This document shows positions 51,996 through 64,000 of a stretch of 64,000 bases of DNA, in pieces. Made by a program: the position numbers and the translations under genes. Position 1 is the first letter of the stretch. Each line of letters begins with the position of its first letter. The notes beneath the pieces were generated by a model. It was not told the DNA's origin and searched no databases. It saw only the letters and a program-made list of their open reading frames with translations. This stretch comes from Torpedo marmorata (taxonomy: Eukaryota), in NCBI GenBank assembly GCA_977017645.1, contig OZ360234.1:34596001-34660000 (forward strand), given 5' to 3'.

Positions 51996-53029
51996 AACGC
52001 AACAACAGTACCCACCACCCCTCAACCCAGTGCAGGTGCGGCAATAAACTTAAATGAGAAAAAGAAGCACGGTACAATGATGATTAGTCAGTGTGCACCA
52101 CAAAGCCCTGCACCCGTTACGGGCACACACCTTGATATCGATTCTCCAGCGTCGGCTTTGGCTCAAGACGTGGAGTGGAGCTCAGGTTCGTTCCTTGGGG
52201 GAAAAAGACACCCGGCTACTCCACGTGTTGGGCTTTCTACCCCCCGTGCTGGTCAGTGGGGCCAGCCCAGGTGATTAACAGAGCCAGTGACGACCTGTGT
52301 GATCAATTACATGCTGAGTGCTCAGCATGGGTGGCCTTCACCTTGATTGACAGATGTGGTGGCTTCTGATCAGGTTCCTGCCGGAGTGGTAACGTGTCCT
52401 TCTACAATACAAACTGCTTTCAGGACCACCACCACCATGAACCATCTGCCTCCACTCACGGGTCACCACTCCCACCACCTTCCCAAACAGGGCAAGGTAG
52501 GGTCAAATTAAGCAGTAGTGAACCACTATCCATGGGTCTGAATTAAAAAGTTTTTGAAATTGGACTCTGGATGAACTGAGGATTGAACCCAACTCCAATC
52601 CTTTCTATCTGGCTTCAGTGCAGAGTTTGTCAGCTCTCCTAGCCAAGGTGCATCATTAAAATGGCCACATCAAAGAGTGCCAAACATTAACTGATTCCTG
52701 TAGAATTATACATGACACTTTAAGGAAAGATACAATAAGAAGAGGGGAAGAAAATGAACAAATAAAACATGAAGAAGTTAACACTCTGGTTCCATTTGAA
52801 TCAGATTGGTTATAAAGAGTCCTGAAGTCGAAGGAAAGAGATCACTGCAGAGTCAACTGCAGGTTAACAATGGAAATAGTTATTATTTTCAAAGATGTTA
52901 TAAAAATCAAACAGAGAAACTTCAACAAGAGTTTTGAGGTACTCTTTGAAGGAAATAGTCTCATTCCAATATACTTCCATTTCAGTTGGGCCTTCAGTAC
53001 CAATTTTTACTTTTAGAACCCAATAGGCC

Positions 53030-53117
53030 ATAGGCATAGGATGCCATAGGTGCTCTGTGGTTAGTAAGGGATTACTTAAGATGGTACGTGAGTGGAAAAA
53101 AAGGTTGAGAACCACTG
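53030..53117. mobile_element. Partial hairpin hAT-type MITE module
   Basis: ...GGTGCTCTGTGGTTAGTAAGGGATTACTTAAG...GGTTGAGAACCACTG. Confidence 0.75.
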
Positions 53118-54332
53118 ATTTAAATCAAAAACAAATCAGAAAAAAAGTCTAATTAGCCGAATGGAACAGGAGAACAGCGAATAAATGTTTTACAGTAGTT
53201 GAGGGGTTGCGAATATGAGAGGTTGCGAATGGAACAGTATGGAATCAACAGATACTGATCTGTCATCTGCTATAATATTCCCTCAGTCCAACAGAACCAG
53301 TGTCTCCTCTATAGAGTTAAATCATGCTGCTTCTACCAGCAATGTTTGGAATGCGTTGAGCTGACCAGATCCGGAATCAATCCGATTGACGATTTGAGAT
53401 GAATTGCGTGGCGGCAGTTGTTTAAAGAGTCACAATTGTGTCTTTCTAGCGTCCCCAATCATCAGCAAAACGTGGATCGCCAGGGAATGGAGCGAGAACA
53501 GCCAGTCGCACCGCGTTTGCTCTGGCTATTCCCTACTTGTCGAGAGACAGGAGAGCGGCCCGCAGGTAGCTGAAAACTCCGCCGCTGAGGTGAAATTGCC
53601 CGCAGCAGGGACGCTTTAGGAAGGTGTGGCATTACAAAGATAAATCCTTCCCTTAACAGATTTAGAAGATCATCTTCTGACGCAGAGTGACAGCAGAACT
53701 GCAGCAAGATCTCATGTTACACACGTTACTTCATTTCATGATTTTATTAACATTCCGCACAGTTGACATTACATCGCGTTCTGAATTAACCGAAATACTT
53801 ACTTTCCCCTTAAAAACTCATTTGAAGAAAGTGTTCAACAACCCAACTATAGAGAAAGTAAAAGTTCGTGGTCACAGCAGAACAAATCTACAATGAAACG
53901 GCGCATCTAAACTACAGTATTAAAAAATATCTTTGATTCGGTTTAATCTTCAAAACATGGTACAAATGTAGCATATTATTAAAACATAAATATAAACCAT
54001 GTAACGTAAACCTTACAAGTTGACGTCTAACTTCGCCGGGAAGAGGGGCATGCACCGCGCACTTCGGAGAGAACATGGAACACGGAACAGTGCAACACAC
54101 AGGAACAGACCCTAGGCCAGGGTGTTTGTGCCCACCATGATGCCCATTTGACTGCACGTCTACCTGTACACAGTAAATATATCCATCCATTCTGCCTGTT
54201 CATGGGCCATCTTAAATGCCTCTTCTGCGTTGCTATCTTAAACTTACAGAGTTAGGATCACAGTTTCCAAATTTCTGAACAACTGAAATTCTGATTACCT
54301 AGCCAGACTCATTTCCCAATTGGAGGTCTAGT

Positions 54333-56035
54333 ATTCAGAATGACTTTCTCAATGACTTCAGATTCCCTGAACCGGACCGCATCATTTTCACAATGGATGT
54401 CCAATCCCTTTATACCTCTATCCCCCACACAGAAGGTCTGAAAGCATTTTGCTTCTTCCTGGACCAAAGACCCGACCAGTCACCCTCTACCACCACCCTC
54501 CTTCGCCTGGCAGAACTTGTCCTCACTCTAAATAACTTCTCCTTTAACTCATCCCACTTCCTCCAAATCAAAGGAGTAGCCATGGGTACCTGCATGGGAC
54601 CCAGCTATGCCTGCCTGTTTGTGGGCTTTGTTGAGCAATCCATGCTGCAAACCTACACAGGCAAGACCCCTCATCTCTTCCTCCGGTATATCGATGACTA
54701 CATCGGGGCAGCTTCATGCACCCACGATGAGCTTGTCAACTTCATCCACTTGGCGTCCAACTTTCACCCTGATCTCAAACTCACCTGGTTCATCTCTGAT
54801 AACACTCTTCCCTTCCTGGATCTCTCTGTCTCCATCTCGGGAGACAAGCTTTCCAGCAACATATACTACAAACCCTCCAACTCCCACAACTATCTGGATG
54901 ACACTTCCTCACACCCTGTCCCCTGCAAGGATTTCATCCCTTTTTCTCAATTTCTCCGTCTCCGCCGCATCTGTTCCCAAGATGAGGTCTTCCAGTCCAG
55001 ATCTTCTGAAATGTCTGCCTTCTTCCACAAACGTGGCTTCCCCTCCACCACCATCAACTCAGCCCTCACCCGCATCTCCTCCATTTCCCGCTCATCTGCC
55101 CTGGCCCCCTCTGACCCCAGACGCAACAAACATAGAATCCCCCTCATCCTCACCTACCACCCCACCAGCCTCCGCATCCAACACATTATCCGCTGGAATT
55201 TCCGGCACTTACTACAGGGTCCCACCACCAGACACATTTTTCCTTCTCCTCCCCTCTCGGCCTTGCGCAGGGACCGCTGCCTCCACGATTCCCTCGTGCA
55301 CTCATCCCTCCCCACCCATCGCACCCCCGGCACCTTCCCCTGTGCCTACAGGAGGTGCAACTCCTGCGACCACACCTCCTCCCTCACCACGGTCCGGGGT
55401 CCCAAACAGGCCTTTCAAGTGAAACTACACTTCACTTGTACATCCAGAGAACTTATTTACTGCATCCGGTGCTCCCTTTGTGGCTTTTTCTACATCGGAG
55501 AGACCGGTCGTAGATTGGGAGACCGCTTTGCTGAGCACTTCCTCTCCGTCCGCAACAACATCGACCTCCCAGTAGCCAGCCATTTCAATTCCGAGTCACA
55601 CTCCCACACTCACATGTCTGTCCATGGCCTTATGTACTATCCCACACAGACCACCCGCAAATTGGAGGAACAACACCTTATTTTCCGTCTGGGCATTCTC
55701 CAGCCAGATGGCATTAACATTGACTTTTCTGCTTTCCACTAAACCTGCTCGCCTTTTCCTTCCCCTCCCCTTCCCTGTCCTTCCAGTTCTTCCACCCACC
55801 CAGCCATCCCTCCTCCCCCTCATTGCTGCTGTCCCCACCCTCCTTTCTCCACCTATCATCTCCTGCCTTTGCCACCCACTCCCCCCCCCCCACTCTTTTG
55901 TTCGGACGCCTGCTGGCATTTTCTCATACTTTGATGAAGGGCTCAAGCCCGAAATGTCGGTTATGTATTTTTACCTTTGCTACATAAAGGATACTGTTTG
56001 ACTTGCTGAGCTTCTCCAGCATTTGTGTTTTTACA
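54333..56035 (+). mobile_element. Penelope-like retroelement, 5'-truncated, with uninterrupted RT-GIY-YIG ORF (54393-55742)
   Basis: MDVQSLYTSIPH, QIKGVAMG, LRYIDD, Cys linker and GIY-YIG. Hammerhead motif at 55925-55965. TSD GGAGGTCTAGT (54322-54332 / 56036-56046). Confidence 0.96.
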
Positions 56036-57180
56036 GGAGGTCTAGTGTGGCCCCTTCCCTGGTCGGACTACCTACATACTGTTTCAACAAACTCTCCAGT
56101 GGACCTTACAAATTCTGTCCCATCTAAGCCTCTAGCACTAAGGAAGCCCCAGTCAATTTTGAGGAAATTAGTCACCCAATACAGCAACTCTGTTGCATTC
56201 ACATCTTTCCATATTCTGTTTATGTATCTGTCGTTCTATCTCCTGCTGGTTATTAGGAGGCCTATGGTGATAATCTCATCATAGTCGTTGCATCTTTCTT
56301 ATTCTTGAGTTCTACCTATTGTGTCTTCCTGGATGAGCTCTAAGTGCAGACCTGATATTCTCCCTGAATAGTTGTACAATTCTCTCACAACTGTTAAATC
56401 TCTCGCTATTGCGTCTGAAACATCTGAATCTTGGGACATTGAGCTGTCAATCATCCCCTTCTCTCAACTAAGTCCCTGTCATGGCAATGACATCATGGTT
56501 TACGGAACCATGAAATTTCTCCTAATGTACCTCATGATTGTTTCCTGTCTTTGGTTTATTACTTTCAGATCTTTATAACAATTTTCATCTTGTAAACTCT
56601 TTAACTCCATCATTTCAATTAAAAACCATACTATGACCTTCCTTATTGGTTTCCTGAGAGTAATCTGCTATATTTAATTTCAGTTATTTACCATTGAATA
56701 TTCCGATTATTGTTGACTCTATTTTCTTACATCCACTGGCACCTTTAACACCCCCAGTACTTTACTGACCGAGTTATGTGGCTCGAGAAGGCAAACCTCT
56801 TCATTTTCTTTCTCAAAATATCTGTGGATCCCAGATGGCAATACCACATGGAGTGTTCCATCAATGGTAACACACTGTATAGTTTGCCAGCTTGCCCCGA
56901 AGAAAAAATCATATTTTTGTTTTTTTCTAAATTTGGCTTACTGGTTGTTCTTTTAAATTCAATCACAGTGTACAAGATTATATTTTAAGATTGCAAAGCA
57001 CAAGAGTAGGTCAGATGATTGGAAAATTTTAGAAACCAGCTAAGAAATACTAAAATATTGATAAAGAGGAAGAAAATGGAATATAAAAGTAAACTGGAAA
57101 GAAATAGCAATACATTGAGAAGCCCATTCACAAGTAAGTAAAATGGAAGAGAATAACAATAAAAATATTGATCTACAGAA

Positions 57181-57542
57181 CAGTGGTTTTCAAACTTTTT
57201 CTTTCCACTCACATACCATCTTAAGTAATCCCTATGCCATAAGTGCTCTGTGATTAGTAAGGGATTACTTAAGGTGGTGTGTGAGTGGAAAGAAAAAGTT
57301 TTAATCGTACCTAATTGACTCGTTATATGCACGGTTTCATAACTCCAAAGGAAATGGGCCAATGACAATTTTTCTCAAGCAAAATATTTCAGTAACAATT
57401 GGGTCGAGAGCAGTGGTTCTCAACCTTTTTTTCCCCACTCACATACCGCCTTAAGTAATCCCTTACTAATCACAGAGCACCTATGGCATAGGGATTACTT
57501 AAGGCGGTATGTGAGTGGAAAGAAAAAGTTTGAAAACCACTG
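57181..57542. mobile_element. Composite hAT-type MITE: two modules plus spacer
   Basis: Same spacer as at 14990-15101. TSD CTACAGAA / CTATAGAA. Confidence 0.9.
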
Positions 57543-58980
57543 CTATAGAAGGTAAGGCAGGGGAATTAATACTGAGGCATCAGCAAAGTGTTTTAACACT
57601 TAAATTCACTGAAGAGCCACATGGCGTTGAATTCCAGGCCACGTTTTCCATCTGCATCTCAAGATATTTGCACAAAATAAAGGGTCTTTATTAATCTTTA
57701 ATAAGCCCTTTAAATAGCAAAGTATCATGTTCTGAAAGGATGTTAGCTTGCTGATTGGACATTTCCAGTGTGCTGACAAATGAGATGGTGAAATGAAAAA
57801 TGCATACTGGTCAGAAGGTCACAGTTCACATTTAATTGGCTGGCACAATATTGAGCCCGATCATATTCTGCCATGCAAGCCTGTCTCTCCATGCTAGCCC
57901 CATGACCCTAGATTAGATTAGATTAGATACACTTTATTGTCATTGTACTGGTGCAAAACAAGCCAATGAGATACAATTAGCATCCAACCAGAAGTTAAAA
58001 AAATAGTGCTATATACATCACAAGTAAAACGTGCAATTAAAACCAACAACAAACCTATTCAACAAACAAATTATTATAAAAGTACTGATATTACAATATA
58101 AGTGCAGTACCACTCAGCGCTGTGACCCTACTAATCTTATCGAGTTCCACAGCTGCCAAAAGCTTGAAGCCTCAGTTCTGCAGCTGCCCCATAAGTGGAT
58201 TAAGCCCAAAAGACAACCAGGCTTCTGCACTGCAATTCATGCCTTGTCCCAAGTACCACTCGATGGCCATTTACAACACAGACTATTGTTAATTACCGGG
58301 TAATTTAAAAACATAAAAATATAGAAAAATAAGGAAATACATAACTACCTGAGCTCATCTTTTTAATTATAATCGGTGACCCTATTCAACAAATCAAAAC
58401 CTTCACTATTAAAACTAATTTAAAATCTCTACTAAAGGTCATAGTATGCATCCAGCCACACATGTAACTGATAAATGTTATCATGGTAAGAAAATTTGAC
58501 AATTTGCATCAATAATACACTTGCATATCTTGATTACTTGTTTTAAGGAAATTACCACATATTGTGTACACATCCTTATAAATAAGCCTCAATGAAAACA
58601 GATATCGGATCATCTTTGTATTACAGGATATATTGGCCACCTTACAACCCGGCAATATAGAGGTTTTACTACTATCGCATATACAGGCCTCATTTCAGAT
58701 TGGCACCAGGCCAGCTCTGTGTTACAATATTTGCAAGTTGTTACTGAGTAATGGGTAGAATATAACCTATTTGACTGAGACTGTCTTGCAGCCATCATTT
58801 AATGTAAAAAGTTTATTATAACCATTATAACCAAGAGTTTGTGATGAAGGCAGAAGAGTAAATTATTCCATTTTAAAAACAAAACACTGGGTTCCGCTGC
58901 AGAGGCTTCAAATTTAAAATCAGGTAACAGGCCAATGGAAATTTTTGTTCACCTTGCTTGTTCTATAATGTTGTGGTGCT

Positions 58981-59232
58981 GGGCGGCACGGCTGGTGTAG
59001 CGGTTAGTGCAACGCCTTTACAGCGCCAGCGATTGGGACCGGGGTTTGAATCCCGTGCTGTCTGTAAGGAGTTTGTATGTTCTCCTTGTGTCTGCGTGGG
59101 TTTTCCCCGGGTGCTCCGGTTTCCTCCCACCGTTCGAAACGGTGTGTAGGTTAATTGGGTGTAAATTGGGCAGCACGGACTCGTGGGCTGAAATGGGCCT
59201 GTTACCGTGCTGTATGTCTAAATTTTTAAAAA
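58981..59232 (+). mobile_element. Full-length tRNA-derived SINE (HE1/V-SINE-like)
   Basis: Same head, core and tail as 15937-16196. Confidence 0.9.
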
Positions 59233-60314
59233 AATTGTTGATATTAATGGTTATAATGTGATAAAAATTTGCAGCTGAGACCTCTGTACAAAACAAATGA
59301 TTGATGTACCCCAAATTATTGTGTACCTAATATAGACTATAGGTTCAATTGTATAGACTGGGAAACAGAACAATATTTTATTTTCACCTGTGGTCAGTGT
59401 GGGTAGCCCCCAAGACATTAAGAAAGCCATTACTTGATGAGGTTACCCATCCTCACATAAAAACCCATATTAAAATACAAATTAGGTTGACTGGATATGA
59501 GCCTATTCCACAAACATAAATGTTTAAGTGTTATCATTACAGAAAGACCTCTGCCACAATTTTTGATAGTTTAATATCATGAATGAATATACCTTTGCTA
59601 CCTATAGTGCCTCTAACTTGCAGTATTAGAGCATCTAAGGGCAATTAAACCCTGGTAGAAGGAGACCATGTTTATAATTGTTAATTTTCTGTGCTAGAGA
59701 TGTTGACAATATTTAATTGTTATCACACCATTTTAAAAGTACTTAGACTGAAATGGACAAGATAACCTTCTATAAGAGTTTAATATATTTCTAAATAAAG
59801 GAATATCGTGGTATGCAATGCATTTTAGTGGCAATCTAGCAGTAATGTTGCCCTCTTCACAACGGCAGAACGGCATTTCAAGGGCAGCAACTTTTGGCCT
59901 CGAATTTAATCATTGCCCCTGTCCTCATATGAGGTTTCCACAGCGTTTATACATAAATAACAGTTTGCATCATTACCCTCTGAAAAGAAATGCTGCACCT
60001 GATGACTTTTGCCAGCATGTTCCGCTCTTATTTCACATTTCTCGCATCTGCGTTATTTTACTATTGAACCACCGCCATTATTATTAATTTTGCGCCAATG
60101 GGTAAATCAGTATGATTTACCATTTTACTGTTATCTCTGTCATTTATTTAAACAAACAAAATAAATCATAAATTTATATATTTTTTTAGGATGTTGCAAT
60201 AAACTTGAAACCAATAACTTATTTTTTTGGAATGGTATCACTGTTGTTTTTAAAGAAAGGACAATAATAATTTTGTGCACTGAAGGTCTCTCAAAAAACA
60301 AATGAAATATCAAA

Positions 60315-61772
60315 GTTTTAAATTCAGATTAATTGTCAGAGGACATACATGATATCACATACAACCCTAAGATTCTTTTTCTGGCCGGCCAGGCAGAATT
60401 TCTACTTATCGGAAGTGCAAAAAACTGTACTCAGGAAAAGATATGTATACAAAAGAGAGAAATGTTATCAAAGAAAGAAGTGAAAACAAATTGACTGTAC
60501 AATACAGAAAAAAATATTGAATAACAAATAATGTGCAAAGCAAATGTCCTTAAATGAATCTCTGATTGAGTTTGTTGTTTAGGAGTCTGATGGTGGAGGG
60601 GTGGCAACTGCTCCGGAACCTGGTGGTTCTGAGTCTTGTGGCACCTATACCTCTTTCCTGATGGCAGCAGTGAGAAACAGCATGTCCTGGGTGGTGTAGA
60701 TCCTTGATGATTGCTACTGCTCTTCAACGGCAGCATTTCATTTAGATTTTCTCGATGGTGGGGGAGGTTTTGCCTGTGATGGACTGGGCTGTGTCCACTA
60801 CCTTTTGCAGGGCTTTCCACTCAGAGATATTGGCGCCCCCATACCAGACCGTGATAAGCCGGTCAGCACATTTTCCACTAAACATCTGTAGAAGTTTGCC
60901 AAGGTTTTCTATGTCATACCAAACCTCCGCAAACTACTGAGAAAATAGAGGTGCTGACCTGCTTTCTTCACGATGACATTCCTGCATGGGGTCCAGGAAA
61001 GATCCTCCGAATAGTGACTACCAGGAATTTAAATTTGCTCACTCTCTCCACCTCTGATCCCCCAATGATCACTGAACCGTACACCTCTGGTTTTCCTCTC
61101 CAAAGGCCACAATCAGCTCCTTGAGTTTGGTGACAGTGAGGGCAAGGTTGTGCCTAGTACACCATTCAGCCAAGTTTCCCTCCTGTATGCTGACTCATCA
61201 CCCCCTTTTATACAACCCACTACCGTGGTATCGTCAGCATATTTGTAGATGGTGTTATTGTCGTACCAAGCTAAACAGTCATAGGTGTAAAGCAAGCAGA
61301 GCAGGGGGCTAAGAATGCAGCCCTGTGGTGCTCCGGTACTGATGGAGATTGTGGAGGAGATGTTCTTACCAATCCTCACTGATTGTGGTCTGGAGGTGAG
61401 GAAATACAGGATCCAATTACACAGAAGGGTATTGATGACCAGGTCTTGGAGTTTATTGATCAGTTTTGAGGGGATGATGGTTTTGAATGCGCACTGTAGT
61501 CAATTAAGGTCTTTGCTGTCCAGGTGCTCCAGGGCTTTGTGTAGAGCTAATGTGATGGCATCTGTCATAGACCTGTTGCTGTGGTAGACAAATTGGAATG
61601 GATCCATGTCGCCACTCAGACAGGAGCTTATATGCTTCAACACCAGCCTCTCCGAACACTTCGTCACTGTGGATGTGATTGCCACTGGTCGGTAGTCATA
61701 CAGGCAGGTTACCATACACTTCTTGGGCACTGGTACGACTGAGGTGTTAAAGTGGACCTGAGGTTGCTTGAA
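60315..61772 (-). mobile_element. Rex1/Babar-type LINE RT region, degraded
   Basis: Minus-strand [49 protein letters not shown] and SLLPSGKRYR. Confidence 0.9.
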
Positions 61773-62139
61773 AACAAACACGAATACAGCTGCAAAAACT
61801 AATTTTAATCACTTTGCAAAGCATGAGAACTCTGTTACAGCAAGAATCACTGCCAGAAGCAGCTAGTATCACCCAAGAGAGTGTGCCCCATGGCTTACAA
61901 TCAGAACCTCTAGTTTTCCAGAACATTCAAACAGACTGCTCTATATAAGTACATGTTACTTAGAATTCTCTTGGGATTCGTTAATCAGGGTCATGTCCCT
62001 TACCCAATGGTTAAGTCTTTTACTTCCTTGCCAAATAAAGAGGACCTTATCAACCCTAGCCTTGCTGAATTGAAAACAAAAGAAAGAAATGCTGTTCATT
62101 TCTCTCTTTCTCAGTCAACATTTTAAAACTTACATATGC

Positions 62140-62525
62140 AGAGGGCTGTTTGAAACAGGTGGGCACCACGCCATGCCAGAGTGAGATGTTAAAGATATCC
62201 GTGAATACGTTGGAAGGTTGGTCAGCACAGGTTTTCAGTACTAGGCCACGTACAAAATTGGCTGGTTTTGTTACTGGTGTGTTGTACCTCAGCCTCCCCT
62301 TCTTAAAGTCCATAATAAGCTCGTTGGTTTTCCTGGTGCTTTGACATCTTTGATCTAAGCTCTCAAATTCACTTGCTTGCATCACACAACCAGATTCTCG
62401 ATCTCTATCCTATACTCTGAATCATCATTGCCCATTATTCAGCCAGCAACAGTGCTGTTGTCAGCAAATTTATCGATTGAGTTGGTGCCAAACTTGGCTA
62501 TCCAATCATGAGGGTTTAGGGAATA
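62140..62525 (-). mobile_element. Rex1/Babar-type LINE fragments
   Basis: LKTCADQPSNVFTDIFNISL...VPTCFKQ and KTNELIMDFKK, with a KFADNSTV-like motif near 62450-62470. Confidence 0.75.
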
Positions 62526-63899
62526 GAACAGTGGGCTAAGCAGGCAATAGAACCCTTCTGAAGATGTTATATATGTTGTATGATGTAAGCTGAATAATGT
62601 TAAAATCTACCAAATGTAAGCTCCACAGAAAAATTCCAAGAGAATATTCAATTGTAGAATTATAAATTTTCTGGTGATTTTCCTCTGTGAATTATATAGG
62701 TACCTTCAATGATAGATGAATTGGCAGTGGAAATTAAGCTTGATTATCCCTTATTTTTCACCACTATTTGTAGACATCAGTCTGAGAGAACCTTACAATT
62801 CTTACAAAACTGTTTCCTTGACTGCAAACATGAGGTCTCTGTGTCATTTCAATATAGAAGGTTGACCCCACAAGATAACTCTATCAAAAAGAGGTAATGG
62901 TGATTGTTGTATTACGTTTTCAAACATCCATATTTGTCTCTCAACAGCAGTTAAAAAATATCTAATCCATCCTCTATGATCAATGTGGTGCCACATTCTT
63001 CAAGGTGCCCAACAGAAGTACCAGACATATAAGGAGATATTACTAAAAGGAGCCAAAGGCTTCCTATACATGTGAGTATTAAAGAGCATATAGAGGAGGA
63101 AAAATACGGAGAAGGTTTAGCAAGTGAATTTGAGAGCTTAGATCAAGGATGTCAAACCAGGGTCGAATATTAGGACAAAACAGGGGGAGGGGGGGAGGGT
63201 GGGGGACTGCAAATTTTAAGAGGGCTAATTGATAAGCAATGGGGACACCATTAGGTATTTGAAAAAAATAGATTGATAATTTTAAAATTGTCAAAATTAT
63301 TTAAACTAAACAGAAAACAACAATCTTAAGCTAATGAAGTCAAAGACTGAATATTCTTCTCAAAGTATTCACCACTGAATATGATCTTCCAAAACTACTC
63401 AAGAAAAAAAGGTCACAATATCTGAAGTGAGTGAGCAATTGAGAAAATCAGCAGCCTCAGAAGTATTGTGGCAATTTGGATCCGTCGATTAACCAGGAGT
63501 TCAATCTCATTAGTGTGCACAGAGGTGTCGGGTGAATGAAGCTTGATGCAAGATAGGACAATAACAATCCAATAGTGGATGTCCTCAACTTTGTGGAGGG
63601 TATAAAATGGGAGACTGGACGGATGTATTAGAATTAGATCCACGGTACAAAGGCATGTAGGAGGAAGACACAGAAATGGCCTACGTTGTGATAGTGGAAA
63701 CAGTCATTGTTAAGAATTGCATGGCAATATGGTTGAAAGATTATCTCCAAATAAATATAACACTAGTGATGCAAGGAGACTAGTTTGGCATTAAACAGTG
63801 CCAAGGAGATGGGTAGAGTTGGTGAGCAGGGAACTAATTCTATGAGTGGCTTGGGAATTGATTGGTGTAGATGAAGATGATAATTTTGATCTTCCCAAT

Positions 63900-64000
63900 A
63901 TTTAAATTAAATTTAAATTTAGACATACAGCATGGTAACAGGCCCTTCCAGCCCACAAGACCGTGCCACCCAAATACCTCTAATTAACCTACAACCCCTG
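63900..64000 (-). mobile_element. 3' end of an HE1/V-SINE-like SINE, cut by the window edge
   Basis: Reverse complement of the SINE tail (TTAGACATACAGCATGGTAACAGGCCC). Confidence 0.88.

Noticed and set aside
51996-52540. GC-richer segment next to the CR1 copy, possible ncRNA or LTR
   Set aside because: No diagnostic motif or second copy in the window. Probably part of an unclassified repeat.
54607-55422. 271 aa Ser/Pro/Thr-rich overlapping ORF (also the N-terminal part of 19582-20706)
   Set aside because: Shadow frame of the C-rich PLE coding strand, where stop codons are scarce for compositional reasons.

Overview
Eukaryotic, repeat-rich vertebrate genomic DNA, most likely from a cartilaginous fish (inferred from HE1/V-SINE-like SINEs sharing tails with CR1 LINEs). 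The only credible host gene is an intronless-CDS Sprouty gene on the minus strand (39897-40805). It most resembles SPRY3 but has a SPRY2-like N-terminus, and sits in a roughly 8 kb transposon-poor island with a CpG-rich promoter region and a probable long 3' UTR. The rest is largely mobile DNA: Penelope-like elements (RT + GIY-YIG), CR1 and Rex1/Babar LINE fragments, tRNA-derived SINEs, and Tigger-, hAT- and Harbinger-type MITEs. The most notable unannotated structure is a minimal type I hammerhead-ribozyme motif at nine loci in the Penelope terminal repeat. These loci include 130-230 bp stand-alone insertions with their own target-site duplications and inverted (fold-back) dimers. Also notable are a modular hAT MITE family built of 1, 2 or 3 hairpin units, culminating in a 588 bp palindrome, and short inverted templated duplications. 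All calls were made by eye without database searches, and boundaries of degraded repeats are approximate.
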